From Octopus sinensis (taxonomy: Eukaryota), in NCBI RefSeq assembly GCF_006345805.1, contig NC_043003.1:23808001-23872000 (forward strand): DNA of 64,000 nucleotides. Direction: 5' to 3'. The notes beneath the pieces are model-generated. The model searched no databases. It saw only the letters and a list, made by a program, of their open reading frames with translations, and was not told the origin of the DNA. Positions 37,275-51,961 of the stretch are shown here, one piece after another. Both the position numbers and the translations under genes were made by a program. Numbering within the stretch: position 1 is the stretch's first letter; the number at the start of each line of letters is the position of its first letter.

Positions 37275-37920
37275 AACTGTTCTTAATTTCCTAATGATAT
37301 CCATTAGGTTTCATCATTATTTTCTTTCAGTGTTATTTCAGGATAAATGCAAGAATGTAGAAACGTTGTTACACACGGTGAGGTACGATAATTTTCGAAA
37401 CTTTTATAGTTATGTTAGGTCATATACCTTCAATAAAGAAATCAATAATTAGATTTATAATGTATTGAGCCATTTATTAAGTTGTACTATGCCGAATAAC
37501 GTTCCATCACAATATCGCTCTCTTTTTGTCTCCCATTTCCTATCTTTCTCTCTGCCTCTCTTACACTCTTTCTCGCCCATCTCTCTCCCCAACGTTATTA
37601 TTCAGCCAAACTACCGTCCTTAAATATTGGTTTCAAATTCTGTGATACGGTCACCGAATTCAAAGAATGGAAGGGGTAAATCAATTACATTGACCATAAG
37701 TGCATTGATCATAATTTGTACTTCTTTCATCGACCCACGAAGAGATGAAAGGTGAAGTTGAACACACGGAATTTGTTAACATTATTAAAAAATAATTTCC
37801 ATTTTAAGCAGAAGCCACCGATTTCAAGGAGAGATAGTTAGTTAAGAACATTGGAAAAATAGCAATTGTACACACATACACACGCACACACGTACATACA
37901 TATATCTATCTATCTATATA

Positions 37921-38670
37921 CGAGGGGTGTATGAAAAGTTTTGAGTCTCAAAAAAACAAAACATGGTACAAAACTTCTAATGATTTATTTTTCAACATAG
38001 TACCCCTCGATGGCTGAACACTTTCTCCGGTGCTGCTGAAGCGCCATTATCCGGGTGTAGAAGAACTCTGTTGTTCGAGACTCCAAGACACTTCCTAAAG
38101 CATCTATGATGTCGTTGTCACTGGCAAAATGGCTACCAACCAGGACTTCTTTCATTTTGGGTAATAGATGAAAGTCAGAGAGGGCTAAGTCTGGCGAGTA
38201 AGGAAGATGAGGAACAACTTCATATACAAAATCACGAATTGTTGGCATGACAACCACTCAGGTGTGGGCTGGAGCATTGTCATGATGAAAAAAGGACTCC
38301 TCTGGTGAGCATTCCCTTCCTTTTTTTCTTTGATTGCTTCTCGGAGGCGTTTCAGTAGTTGAAAATAATACAGCCCTGTCATGTTCTGACCCTTTTCAAG
38401 GTAATCTATCAGCAAGAAACCTTGAGAATCTCAAACAGCAGACGCCATGACGGATTCTTTGGAGTAGGAGAACATGTGCACTTCCAATGCTTTGATTGTT
38501 CTTCGGTTTCAGGCTGGTAGTGATGAACCAAACCTATGTCCATAGTAATGAAACGAGCAAGAAAATTCTCTTCATCGGCTTCAAATAGTTACTGATTGCT
38601 CGTGGACAATGTGCATCTGGTGCGATTCTGTTCAGGAGTCAAAAGGCGAGGGACTCACCTAGCGGAAATC
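37921..38670 (-). mobile_element. Mariner transposase 3' half with terminal inverted repeat
   Basis: LIDYLEKGQ, VPHLPYSPDLALSDFHL, GYYVEK*; end TA-CGAGGGGTGTATGAAAAGTT. Confidence 0.9.
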
Positions 38671-38819
38671 TTTGAGAACCGCTAAGTTACGGGAAAGCAA
38701 ACACACCAGCATCGGTTGTCAAGCGATGTTGAGGGAGGAACACAGACACAGATACACACACACGTACACTTTCACACATACACATACATACAATATATAT
38801 ATATATATATATATATATG

Positions 38820-39015
38820 TAAAATAATATGTGACAATCATTCGGAAGCCAAGATAAAACTCTAAGTTTCGGATGCCGAGGTGGAAATTCGAAACTCAGG
38901 GTTTTATCTTGGCTACCGAATAATTATCACATATCATTTTACAGATAAATTTCCTATATTTACATAATATTGAGGTCTCTTTCCTTCTTTTGTTATCTTA
39001 CCGTTTTTTTACCAT
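38820..39015. repeat. Fold-back fragment of the family 3 terminal repeat
   Basis: GATAAAACTCTAAGTTTCG...CGAAACTCAGGGTTTTATC arms; the right part continues into the family 3 3' end. Confidence 0.75.
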
Positions 39016-39073
39016 ATATATATATGATTGTATGTATAGAGTGTTAAGTGTGATGTACAGAAATTGAATATTG

Positions 39074-39468
39074 AGAAAAGAAGTCGTCAGAATTTTGGAA
39101 AAAATATTTCTTCGTTATTATTTGCGGCATCGTTCCTTTACCGAACTTGTCAAATGAAATTTTGTGAATGTACAAACAGCTTGTTCATTTATATAAACAG
39201 ATCTTTAGGGGGAATTTTGTTTAGAAGAGAATATTGTTTTTGTTTTTTGGGGTGGGGTTCCATGACAATGAAGATGGCTAGATAGAAATATAGGTAGGTA
39301 GATAAGCTGATAGATAGATAGATACATACATACATACATACATACATACATACATACATGAACAAGCTGCTTGTATATTCATAAAAATTTATTTCACAAG
39401 TTAGAGAAAGGAACGAAAGCGTTAATCATAATGAATAAAAAGACTTTTCCCAAAATTCTGACGACTTT

Positions 39469-39472
<4 letters not shown>
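39074..39472. mobile_element. MITE-like element with ~115-bp imperfect inverted arms
   Basis: AAGTCGTCAGAATTTTGG...AGCTTGTTCAT vs ATGAACAAGCT...CCAAAATTCTGACGACTT. Confidence 0.75.
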
Positions 39473-39540
<68 letters not shown>

Positions 39541-39563
39541 TATTATCATACATATATACATAC

Positions 39564-39606
<43 letters not shown>

Positions 39607-39711
39607 CATGATTAATCGAAAAAGAACGTAAATAAAACACTCGAAAAAAACAACGCGGGGACGTGCTTCCATCAAAGTATTAGCAGACGCTCATGGACGG
39701 GAAGAAAGATA

Positions 39712-39746
39712 GCTTTACGTTTCGAGCAAAGGTCTTCTTCAGAAGC
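39712..39746 (-). ncRNA. Minimal type I HHR (family 4-like) in a short PLE-type terminal fragment
   Basis: GCTT-CTGAAGA-A-GAC CTTT GCTC-GAAA-CG-TA-AAGC; stem II has lost one G relative to 14734. Confidence 0.65.
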
Positions 39747-41280
39747 AGGAGACAGAGGACAGTCCAAGAGAAAAAGAAGGCGGAGGAAGTTACCTGTTAA
39801 ATATATATATATATATATACATTTTAAAATATACATATATATATATGCTAATTGCATATGCATAAATTCACTCGCAAATATGTGTGACGTTATAGATTTT
39901 AACACGGTTTTGCTAACTGGTTCTGGTTTCTATGTTGTGGGAGACACACACACCCGCTCAGTTTTCCAACCCTTAGCCCAGCGTGTCAACATGGATGAGC
40001 CACAGTAGTAAGTTGGCTCAGTAGTTAGCTGGTAATAATTTACAGCTCAGTAGTCTGGGATAACATGAATGTCCACGCTCAGCGCTCATTATGCTGACCA
40101 CCTGAGAAATCGAACCTACGTCTTTGCTATGTTAATGTACTAGAGCATGTGCATTTACACACACATGTTCATATATATATGTGTGTATATGTTTGTGTAA
40201 ATGAGTGTGAATCTGTGTGCGTATACGTACACACACAAGCACACGTGTGTGTGTGTGTGTGAATGTACGCACGTGATCTGTTTCACCTCAAATCAATTGG
40301 AAAACTGTTGTGTCATATGTTGAAAGCGGAATTCTCTAAAGAAAAATCAATTGAAATATTCCATCAATTTGCCTGTGAATATTTTATTTGTATTTACAAA
40401 TATAATATTGCTGTCAAAAACACCCGGATTGTTTAAAAATTGCAACAGAGTTTTCAATGTTATTGTTATTCAATGTAAACTTCAGATCCGTTACGTAAAT
40501 TTTCAATATCAATATGAATTATCGATTGCTATGCTGGGGACCAAACTATACCTTTTCTGGAGGCTATGGACGGCTAGTATTTAAGTAGCATATATTGAAT
40601 AGAAAATGCAAAAATGATTGGCAATTTGTAAATATGGTTTTGGTACTATGAGCTTTGGTTTTGTGAGTGAAATAAAGGGACATGCTTACGTAAATGTGAA
40701 GAAACATGCGGAAGATAATAAGAGTTCTTTATTGTTAGGAATCTTAGATGTCAGAAATAGGTTGCATAAACTTTGTGATACGGCATATTGTTATTTAAGA
40801 AGTAACAATTGGTTAGATAGTTCTTGTCTTAAGCTGATATGGGTTGTGTTCTTTGATACATTATCGATCAAATGAAACAAATTGATGGCAAAATAAAGGC
40901 GAAATTTAGGGAGAACAAAAAATACAATGATCAGGGATATTGGTTAGTATGAAGAGCGAACAATTTATATAGTACGATCTTTCACACAGCATCTCTTTAT
41001 ACTTTTCCCTTCTAGTACGGCCAGCATGTATTTCTTCAGTTTTTATCTCATTAGCCGTTTTTATCTCATTAGCCATTTTGTTCGTATCCTGGATTTTAAA
41101 AATGTTGAACTAATATCCTTTCGTATTTCTCACACACCTACAAACACAGAAGCCCAAGACCATGTACTTTGGTGTGTATGGATAGTAACTTGGGCCGCAA
41201 TATTTGCTGTTACCTACTGTGAATGTAATATGTCTACTTTATAAACAAAATGGCAAGTGACTCAGTCGTTTCCCCTGCAG

Positions 41281-41364
41281 CATTGGTGTGTGAGGAGTGC
41301 AAGAGACATAAGATATTTTGTACGTTCAGTTCACACTACTGTTGTCTTCATCGAAAGACACGAG
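41281..41364 (+). CDS. Candidate 84-nt exon (LVCEECKRHKIFCTFSSHYCCLHRKTR or HWCVRSARDIRYFVRSVHTTVVFIERHE)
   Basis: Acceptor GTCGTTTCCCCTGCAG, donor GAG|GTAGAT; two frames open. Confidence 0.3.
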
Positions 41365-43439
41365 GTAGATATTTGTAATACAAAATGATATTTTATATAA
41401 GTTTTGTCGCGTGAGGGAATGCAATGAACTTAGAGACATTAGTTGTGATTAAATGAATGAGGAGGAAACTTTAAGCCAGAGAGTTTCAAAATTATTTTTA
41501 GTGAAACGCATAAAAAATATTTATAGCGAAAGAGAGGAGGAGTTATACCAAGACGTTAGACTTCAGTCAATATAGGTGTATAAAGTGTTACTCTGACAGC
41601 GGATATGCATTAGCAATAGAGGATATAAGGCCTGTCTTTCAGAAAGCAATACAATACTTAGGAGATAATGGATGTGGTCCGAATATTTGTATCAAATTGC
41701 AATATATACTTTTAATACTTCCAAAGCGAAGTCATTCTTTATAAATCATTTCGCATTGAAAACTAACATCTTTATGTAGAAAACTGGTGTATTGTGAAAA
41801 ATAATATACTAAATTTTCTGCAGAATTTTGAAACAGAGCGGTAAAAATTGATTGCAATTCCGGCTTTGGATATTCCAATAAATAAAACTTGTTTCTGTTC
41901 TTTAACGCACTTATAGTGCACTTGCAGTTTCCTTCCTTTATTCAGAAGAAATACACTGAAATTTTCTCAAAATTTATAGCAAATTTCTCTAGAAATTCGA
42001 AACAGAACAATAAGAATTATAGTTATAAAACGAAAGTATGACTAAAAGTAAACTTTGTTTCCATTATTTAATGTTCTTACTTTGTAGTTTTCTTTTATTT
42101 GGTATAAATAGGTTGAAGTTAAACAACATAGAGTCTCTTGATTCTGTTATCAAATCACACAAAGCCAGAAAATGTTCTGTTTCATAAGAGAAAGCAACAA
42201 GTGTAATAAATTTAAACAATTATCTGTTCAGTCTGCCGACAACCTATGGTGGTCGCTGCAATTTGCGCGTATTTTTCCAGCTTTTATTTTTATTTTACTC
42301 ATCCATCCAGACGTATAATCTTTAACTGCCGTTGGCTATTCTCGAGCTTTAATACAAAACCTAGATTAATTCAAGCAACATTTCCAATTGTCAAAGGCCG
42401 ACAGTTTCATTTGCATAACCTAATGCAATCGATATGAAGATTACAGACTTGTTGCTGTCTTTGATGGTGAGACCGATATTGTTGAAGTTGTTATTTCTCT
42501 CAAGTTAGCCGCTACATTCTCTTCTTTTTCTTATTGCAATTATTGTTGTTTGTTGTACATGTATTTTCTAGCTGTTTAATTTTTTTTTTGTTTATTTCAT
42601 CATCAATATCAATTATTTCACTATGACAGATAAAGTTTTGTTTACCTTTTTTTATAAATTATTTTTACTATCGCTTCCGCCCCACAAGTATTTATTGCAC
42701 TTTTGTTGTAATTGTTTCCATTCGACTTTATTCGAATTACAGTGTTCACTTGACCTAAATGTCTCTTGATCGATTTATTTATTATTATGTTTTATAATTA
42801 TTCTTTCGCTTCTTTATGATCTGGAAATATTTTCGTTTCCTTTGGCAATGGATCATAGAACTACACAGGATGTTTCAGTCTTCTGAGAGCTCCTTGTAAT
42901 CACATCTCTTTTATAACTTACAACCAATGTAATACATCTATTTTAGTAACAAAAATTTTGTTGACGTAGCATTTGTTGTTTGCAGCTTAAAGCAGCGTCA
43001 AAGATACCAGGATTTCTAATTTCAACCAACTCTGTCTTAATTAACAACGAAAAACAGTAATATCAAACTGTGATCTATCTCTGTCAATAAAAGAGAAATT
43101 GCGTAATAGAACATTAGTCATATACTTTACTGGTTGTAACTATTTTCGACTTCGTTCAACACCCACATATATTTCGAAACATTTTGGAGAGAAATTGATA
43201 TATTTGGAAATAATAACAAAGGATATACATAGATATTCTAGTCGGTGAATTGTCAGTGTATCATGGGGGCAGGCAGGAATATGGGGTTGAGAAATTTGCT
43301 TCAATATCACACGGTCCCGTGTTCGATTCCACTTCGTTCCAAGTTAGCAAAAGTTACCAGAACAGAGCAATTCGATACAGACTTATGAACATATACAGCT
43401 GCGCGCGCAAACACACCCATCTCCGCCACACACACACAA

Positions 43440-43493
<54 letters not shown>

Positions 43494-43519
43494 TATATAT
43501 AGGCACAGCATTTTAATTT

Positions 43520-43742
43520 TTTTATTGCCCACAGGGGGCTAAACATAAAGGGGGACAAGCAAGGACAGACAAACGGATTAGGTCGATTACAAGGACCCTA
43601 GTGTGTAACTGGTACTTATTTAAACGACCCCGAAAGGATAAACAACAAAGTCGACCTCGGCGGAATTTGAACTCAGAACGTAACAGCAGATGAAATACTG
43701 CTAAGAATTTCGCCCAGCTTGCTAACGATTCTACCAGATCGC
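43520..43742 (-). mobile_element. SINE family A
   Basis: Reverse complement of the family A body. Confidence 0.8.
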
Positions 43743-43764
43743 GCACACCCATATATATATAGAC

Positions 43765-44245
<481 letters not shown>

Positions 44246-44861
44246 AAAAAAGAATATTGGGAATATTGGGAATATCGGGTTCGATAGCATATTCTCTTTT
44301 TTCTCTTTTACTTGTTTCTCTCATCTTGACTGTGGCCATGCTGGAGCATCGCCTTTAGTCGAGTATTGTTTGGGTGTTACCCACGATCTTTTACACAATA
44401 TATTCTGCACAGTGCTTCATAGTAATTATTCCATCATATATATATATATTAAGGGAGCATGCAAAACGCCCGTCTCCAACATGCTTGAAATAAATACCAA
44501 GGCACAACAAAAATACTGAAAATCTCCAAAAAAAGACTTCACGCTAATTCAAAACACTTTACTGTATGTATGTACGTATCTATCTACCTATCTATCTATC
44601 TATCTATCTATCTATCGATTCGTTTTTATATCTCGATTTTTTTATTTTTCATGCAATTTACGCATGCTTGCCCGAGTGGTGAACACAGTTCACGTCAAAC
44701 AGCTGACTGAGTAAAGTTCACTATTCAATGCATGGGATAAGGCCTAAACAAACACATTATCGATTTTTGGTGGTTCTAGGAGGAGATGTGCCGGGAAGTA
44801 CACACACAGACACACACACAGATACACACACAGACACACAAGTTTGAGTTTTATATATATA

Positions 44862-45025
44862 GTTATCCGCTCAGTCGAAGTCGACTCTCGGTTACTCGAG
44901 GGATCAGTGTCCTCCAGCCAGTTCTATCCTGGGTCACATTTTTCAGATTGGCTATGGCCATTCCCGTGTCACTCTTGATGGTGTAAACCCAGGGGGTTCT
45001 TGGTCGGCCTCTTCCTCTCTTGCCA
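44862..45025 (-). mobile_element. 3' terminus of an RTE (BovB-like) LINE
   Basis: GKR.RGRPRTPWVYTIKSDTGM..LKNVTQDRTGWRTLIPRVTESRLRLSG*, then (TA)n. Confidence 0.75.
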
Positions 45026-45496
45026 CTGACCATTTCGAGCAATTATATCTTTTTCCAGGGATTTATATATGTATGTATATGCATACATATATATGTATAT
45101 ATATGTGTGTGTGTCCTTATATATACTTACATGTGTATATGCATGTGTAGTTTATATTCAATCGCAATTCTGTTTATTGGCATCATTATCTCACTCCCTC
45201 TATCTCACATTTTTTCTCTCTCTCTCCCTGTTTCGATCGCGCGCACTATGTGGTAGACAAGTTGAAGAAGAGATGGACTGGCATTACTTTTATTTGTATG
45301 TTAGAACCATTTCGACAATAGATTAATCAGAAATCATATATCATGATAGAAAAAATAACGATGAGTATAAACAATGATTATCTAGTTTACGCTATATTAC
45401 ATGCTATCTCCTATCATCTCATCAATACCAAATGACAAATCAATAAACTCGCCCATGGATCAATACACCAACCCAAAACAGACACACACACACACA

Positions 45497-45565
<69 letters not shown>

Positions 45566-45815
45566 AAAATGGAGACGAACACCATTCCTGCATTTGATCG
45601 GGTTGAAAACTTACTAGTATACTAAGACATTTTTCTTAACATGAAAACAGTGGCCGCATTAATACACAAATAAATAAACCTAGCCCATAATGCCGTGTTG
45701 GGCACTCATTTTCATCGTTCGACATTTACGTACACACACACAGATATATATATACATATATGTATGTATATATATATATGTATATATATACGTATACATA
45801 TATATAGATATACAC

Positions 45816-45850
<35 letters not shown>

Positions 45851-46324
45851 TACTTATACATACATATATATATACACACACAAACAACGAGAGGATCTTA
45901 GTGTTGTAAGGTGGAAGTGATCAGTTTCGCATAGAGTTAAAAAGACACTAAGGAAAAACTGTTACTGTACTAATTGATTAAACGGTTAAGATACTGCAGT
46001 TATAAACTAGACCAAACAATCAAACATTTTGCTGCTGAAATAAGCAAAATAGTATTTAAATTTGGGAATCAGTTAAACGGAGAATCTTAAATTAATTGGG
46101 ATGGGTATGTCTAGAGTAACTTCAAAGAAACAGAAATAGCTACAGACAAAAAAGAAAAGACGGAAAGAAATTAAATGATAAGAGAAGTAGAGGAAGACTT
46201 TTGAGAGACAAGGAAACAAACCAAAGACAACATAGTCGATACAGATAAAATCAAAGAATCTTGGCAATATTATATAAAATTCAGTCTAAAATTTAGAACA
46301 GCACGTCAATAAATAAGCAAATCA

Positions 46325-46665
46325 TAAGGTGTGTCTGTGTAGAAAAAGCTCGCTTTTCACCCACCTGGTTTCGGGTTCCGCCCCAGTGCGTGACACCTTG
46401 GGCAAGTGTCTTCTGCTATAGCCTGGTGAATGGATTTGGTAGACGGAAACTGAAAGAAGCCGGCCCTATACATATACATACATACATACATACGCTCACT
46501 CATATATATATATGTATATATATATATGTATGTATGTATATATTTGTGCGTGGGTGCGGTTCACCTTGCAATCGCTTGACAAATGATGCTGATGTGTTTA
46601 TGTCAGTGTAACTTAGCGTACCGACATAAGAAACCGATAGAATAAGTACATCTGATAAGAAACCG
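46325..46665 (+). mobile_element. SINE family B, decayed
   Basis: GACACCTTGGGCAAGTGTCTTC, GGAAACTGAAAGAAGCC. Confidence 0.75.
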
Positions 46666-46667
46666 AT

Positions 46668-46910
46668 AGAATTGGCTCCATCTGACTATTATCTCTTCCT
46701 GAACAGGAAAATACAACTGACTGGGAACCAGTATCCCAGGGATGATGACGTCATTTCTGCCGTTGCTGGATTTTTTGACGAACATGATCAAAGAAATTTT
46801 CATCCATAGGATCCAGGCACTGCAACACTGATTGAAGATGTGTGTAGACCGCAAGTGGGACTATGTTGAAAAGTAAACCTCATTTGGTCACATTCCATGA
46901 TTATTTCCCT
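46668..46910 (+). mobile_element. Mariner transposase 3' fragment
   Basis: ELAPSDYYLF...DDDVISAV...IQALQH...DYVEK*. Confidence 0.8.
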
Positions 46911-47491
46911 AATAAATTACTTACATTACATTTTAGTGATGCTAAATGGTATTAAATTTCAAAAACAGAAAAATATGTCTGAGGGCTCTTTGTCCTACGG
47001 AGTTTTGTCGCAGGAGTTTTGTCCTAGGGAGGTCTATCTTACACTCTCTTATACTAGTATAGAATAACTCCAAAGACAAAGAGAAATCCTTGCATTTATA
47101 AAACAGCAGATTTATCCACTTATAGCTGAACTCAACGAAAAAGGCCACCAACGTATTATCACTTCAAATTGGTATTTTTTCTTCCACTATTTCTATACAT
47201 CCAATGAAGGAAAAGTGCCTGTACGGTCGATATATATATATATTTGTGTATTTAATTTGGAGACGAATAATTACTAATGATTCTTTCTCTTAGTTTACTT
47301 TTCAAGAAGGAGAATATAAAAAATAAATATATATGAGAAAAGTAAAAGAGAAAAAGCGCAATGCGCACATATATTCATGTGTGGGTATGCAGAAGTATTT
47401 CACTGAGAGCTAAATGGAGAAAGTGCGAGAGTGAGAGTTGATTGTACATATGTATATATATATGTGTGCGTGCGTGTGTGTGTGTGTGTGC

Positions 47492-47536
<45 letters not shown>

Positions 47537-47610
47537 TATATATATATATACACACACATATATATATATATTTCTATGTATATCGATATTTATAGCTATA
47601 TGTGTAGATC

Positions 47611-47646
<36 letters not shown>

Positions 47647-47683
47647 CAGAGACAGAGATGAGTTGAGGTGGGATGCGGAGAGT

Positions 47684-47714
<31 letters not shown>

Positions 47715-48427
47715 CGTGTGCGTGTGTGCGATTGTCTGAGTTCGTGTGTGTGCATATATATATATATATATACAGTCTGTGAGACGAAAAAGAGGGAGAG
47801 AGAGAAAAAAGACAAGGAGAAAGAGAGGTAGATGAGGAAGAAAGAAACACAATGTAATAGAGTTGATACAGGTGTAGTAGAGATAGAGAGGGTGAGGCGG
47901 AAGATGAAAATATAAAGAGGGAAACATTTTGTGAATGAGGGTGAAAAAGCAACAGAAATAAAGATTAGCACGATGTTTTGAAATGAAACTCGAGTTTTAG
48001 GATTTATTTCGCTTATTCTTTTTTTCTTATTCTGCTCATTGTTTTATTTATACTCTTTTCTAATTAGATTTTGTTTTGGAAACAATGGATAATTTTCGCT
48101 TTAATTATGTTATACTGCGAAGTATATATATATATATTATTTAAGTTGAGTTTTTTCTCTTTCAGCCGTATTATATTTCATTGGTTTTTCTAGTGTTATT
48201 TTTATTATATTTATTATTTTCTACTGTTTCAGGCGAGTTTCTACTGCGCCACCAGGTGAACTTTCGCGTTCCTGAGGTGCGTGAAGTATTGTGTTTTGCG
48301 AATGTAAAATTTTGTTTTGTATGTATATGTTATTAGTTTCACATCATGGTGAGATTTGGCTTATTATTTCCAGCTTTATTTCAGTGTTTCGTCTCCAAGT
48401 TGCGTTATTTTCTTGCGTGGTTACTCT

Positions 48428-48844
48428 CTTACTTTTTTACTCTTTTACTTGTTTCAGTCATTTGAGTGTGGCCATGCTGGAGCACTGCTTTTACTGGAGC
48501 AGATCTACCCCAGGACTTATTCTTTGTAAGCCTAGTACTTATTCTATCGGGTTCTTTTGCCGAACCGCTATGTTGCGAGGACGTAAACACACCAGCATCG
48601 GTTGTCAAGCAATGTTGAGGGGACAAACACAGACACACAAACATATACACACAATTACAGATATATACATATACATATATAGGACGGGCTTATTTCAGTT
48701 TCCGTCTACCAAATCCACTCACAAGTTTTTGGGCGGCCCGAGGCTATAGCAGAAGACACTTGCCCAAGGTGCCACACAGTGGGACTGAACCCGGAACCAT
48801 AAGGTTCGCAAGCACGCTACTTACCACACAGCCACTCCTACGCC
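48428..48844 (-). mobile_element. SINE family B, full length
   Basis: Reverse complement of the family B consensus. Confidence 0.9.
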
Positions 48845-50251
48845 TATGTTGTTTATATTTCGTGTATGTTATGTGATGATGTGTTCTGGTGTTCTAGTGA
48901 TGGGCGGTGAATAACAACAACAATGCTCAGCAAATATCGGCCCAAGATCATATTTTATACCACCCACAAATATCACTGAATATATGATTTTTGTTTGCCT
49001 TATCTATTTTTCGGTTATCGAATTATAAAATTCAATAGCAAGAAATGGAATAAAATTTTGATTTCATAGCCCCATATGAATCCATATCATGAATTAATGT
49101 GTAAAAATTGAGAACATCTCACTTGGTAAAAATAAATGCACGTTTCTCATGGTGTAAGATTTTAAATAATAAATGTTCCCACCTCAAATATTCATTAATA
49201 GAGGCGGAAAGCGTCTAATCATTGCAGTATAGTTGACATGGTCCATCGCTCCTAAGTCAGGAAGGAGTCACAAAAACAAAAGACGAATTGCTTCTTTGAC
49301 TGTTGAGAAGAGCAAATCAACTGGTTGGTGCCACAATTATCACGAAACCTGCAACTATTCTCGTTTAAAGTGTTTTAACTTTTAACTGTTTGTCATGTCA
49401 TAACTGGCACATAACTCCTTGTCTGTTGAGAATAGCATGTAGGCAAGTTAGTGCTACGTTTATCATGAAGAAGCCAGCAAGTGGTCTTGCCAAAAAGTAT
49501 TTTAAACTATCCGTGTATGCCCTATCATAATTGTCAAATGGTGACTGTTTATGTCATTAAAAATGTAACAATTGTCATACTGGCAAATGTGAAGGATTCA
49601 TGTACTTAATTTTTTTCAAAATCTTCATGAGGACCGGTCAGAAACTTGTAGCCATATTGGATTATTTTCTGCACAAGTCACTAATGCAAAGTATACTTTT
49701 ACAGTGCGTTTTCGGTCTACTCTAACATGAAATTCTCAAAAATATACAGATAATTATATTGGTCGTTCGTGTCTTCACATATTGAGCTTTATTAACCTAA
49801 ACCTTTCAGCTTGATAAGAAGAAAAATTGTTGAATATCCATCCCTCAGGTGATGTATGTAAATAACATTATTTTCTATAGCACACAACACGCAATCACGA
49901 CATTCAACTTTATAAACACGAACATACGTATAATAGAAAGTGTTTCACATAGACCTTAATTTTCTTACTAATGGAGACATGAAACTTATATTCCTCTTTA
50001 AGCATATCTCTTCATTTTGCATGTATATAACGCTACGTTTCTAAGCGCATGGTTTTGTTTAATTACACATACATCATAAATACTTACACACACACACATA
50101 TATATATGTATATATATGCATATATATATATATATATATACGCACACACATATATATATACAGTCATTCACAGTGTGTGTATTTTTATGTATGTATATGA
50201 ATGCATATATATGTATACGTATAAAACACATACACAAACACATATGTACAT

Positions 50252-50648
50252 TGGCTGTGTGGTAAGTAGCTTGCTTACCAACAGCATGGTTCTGGGTTCA
50301 GTCCCTCTGCGTGGCATCTTGGGCAAGTGAATTCTACTATAGCCTCGGGCCGAGCAAAGCCTTGTGAGTGGATTTGGTAACGGAAACTGAAAGACGCCCG
50401 ACGTATATATGGATATATAGGTGTGTTTGTATGTGTACATGTTTGTGTGTCTGTGATTGTCCCTCCAACTTCGCTTGACAGCCGATGGTGGTGTGTTTAC
50501 GTCCCCGTAACCTGGCGTTTCGGCAAAAGAGACCGATATAATAAGTACTAGGCTTACAAAGAATAAGTCCTGGGCTCGATTTGCTCGACTAAAGGCGGTG
50601 CTCCAGCATGGCCGCAGTCAATGACTAAAACAAGGAAGAAAGAGAAGA
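50252..50648 (+). mobile_element. SINE family B, near full length
   Basis: Similarity to 11355-11777. Confidence 0.88.
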
Positions 50649-51961
50649 TAATATATATATGATATAAGAAAAAAGCAACAAGCGGATCAATATTTCGGTA
50701 CAATTATTTCGTACAAGACAGCTTTATTAATGCTGCAAATATTGCAGTAATATAAGTCACCCGTACTTTCAGCCAAAAAACATCTGGGTTCTCCAAACAT
50801 CTAAGGGGTGGTGTTACACTCCTGAAACATCAGGATACTCTATAAAATAAGTTTTAGGTAACAAACGGACTTCTAAAAGTTCTTTTATATATATATATAT
50901 ATAATATATATATATTATATATATATATATTATATATCGTGCATAAATATATGTGTGCGTAAATGACACAAAGAAAGAGCAACGGTACTTGTCTTTAGCA
51001 ACGTAGCATGAGGAAATGTTTTGTGACTATAACATACATTGCAATATTGAGTGTAATAAGCAGTTTGACTCTGTCGCAGTCTTAAATAAATATAATGTAC
51101 TGAATCATTATCATCTCATTATTTTCACATAACAGAATAGCAAGTCTGCTTGAGACCGTATTTTAACCCACAAGTCATTTCTCAGCAGGATATATATATA
51201 TCAATATTTGTAACTGCAGTTAATACTAAATTGAAAAAGTATGTTGATAAGCTAAAACAGGAGAAGTATAGTTGACGGTGAATGAAATTTAAACAAGATA
51301 CAAGTATTTGAAGATGTATGTCCAGGAAAAGTGATATATTCCTGAATATTTGTCTGTCTCGAAACAGAGAGTATAACGAAGTATTGAAGACATAGGAGAT
51401 AATCTCTTGAGCTGATTAAACAATAAACAACAACTTTTCCACCATTTCTATTCTTTTTTTAATGCAGCTTAGATGAATTATAGGCAGGTTTTTATTAACT
51501 TCGAATTCATAAAAGAACTAGATTTAACGAGCAGCACGTATGAATTAAATTACTGCTGACGAGAAATATCTAAAGAGTATTTTGACTGATTGTGGAAACA
51601 GATATGGCGTAGAAAAATGGTTTTTACCTGGGAAAGGAAAGTCTTGAAACCATATAGTGGTATGGAATGTATAAATCTTATAGTGTTTCAGTACACTTCA
51701 GTAAGCTCTTTGTGCGAAACATTTAGAGTGTGTTATACTTCTATGACCTAATTACAGAACAGTGGAAGAAACTACCCAACACTGTATATCTGAAAACAAA
51801 GCGCATTACACCAAAACTGTTGGTAAAAAATGCTAAACTTCAAAACATTTTCTTTGGATCACAGAGAAGAAACCTGTAAACACACGGCTAATATACTAAT
51901 GTTCAATGTCAGTTAAACATGTGTTTATTGTTATCAATTTCATTACACCATCTCTTGTACT

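Noticed and set aside
40618-40875. 85-aa ORF starting at TTG
   Set aside because: No motif or splice context; the length is attainable by chance.
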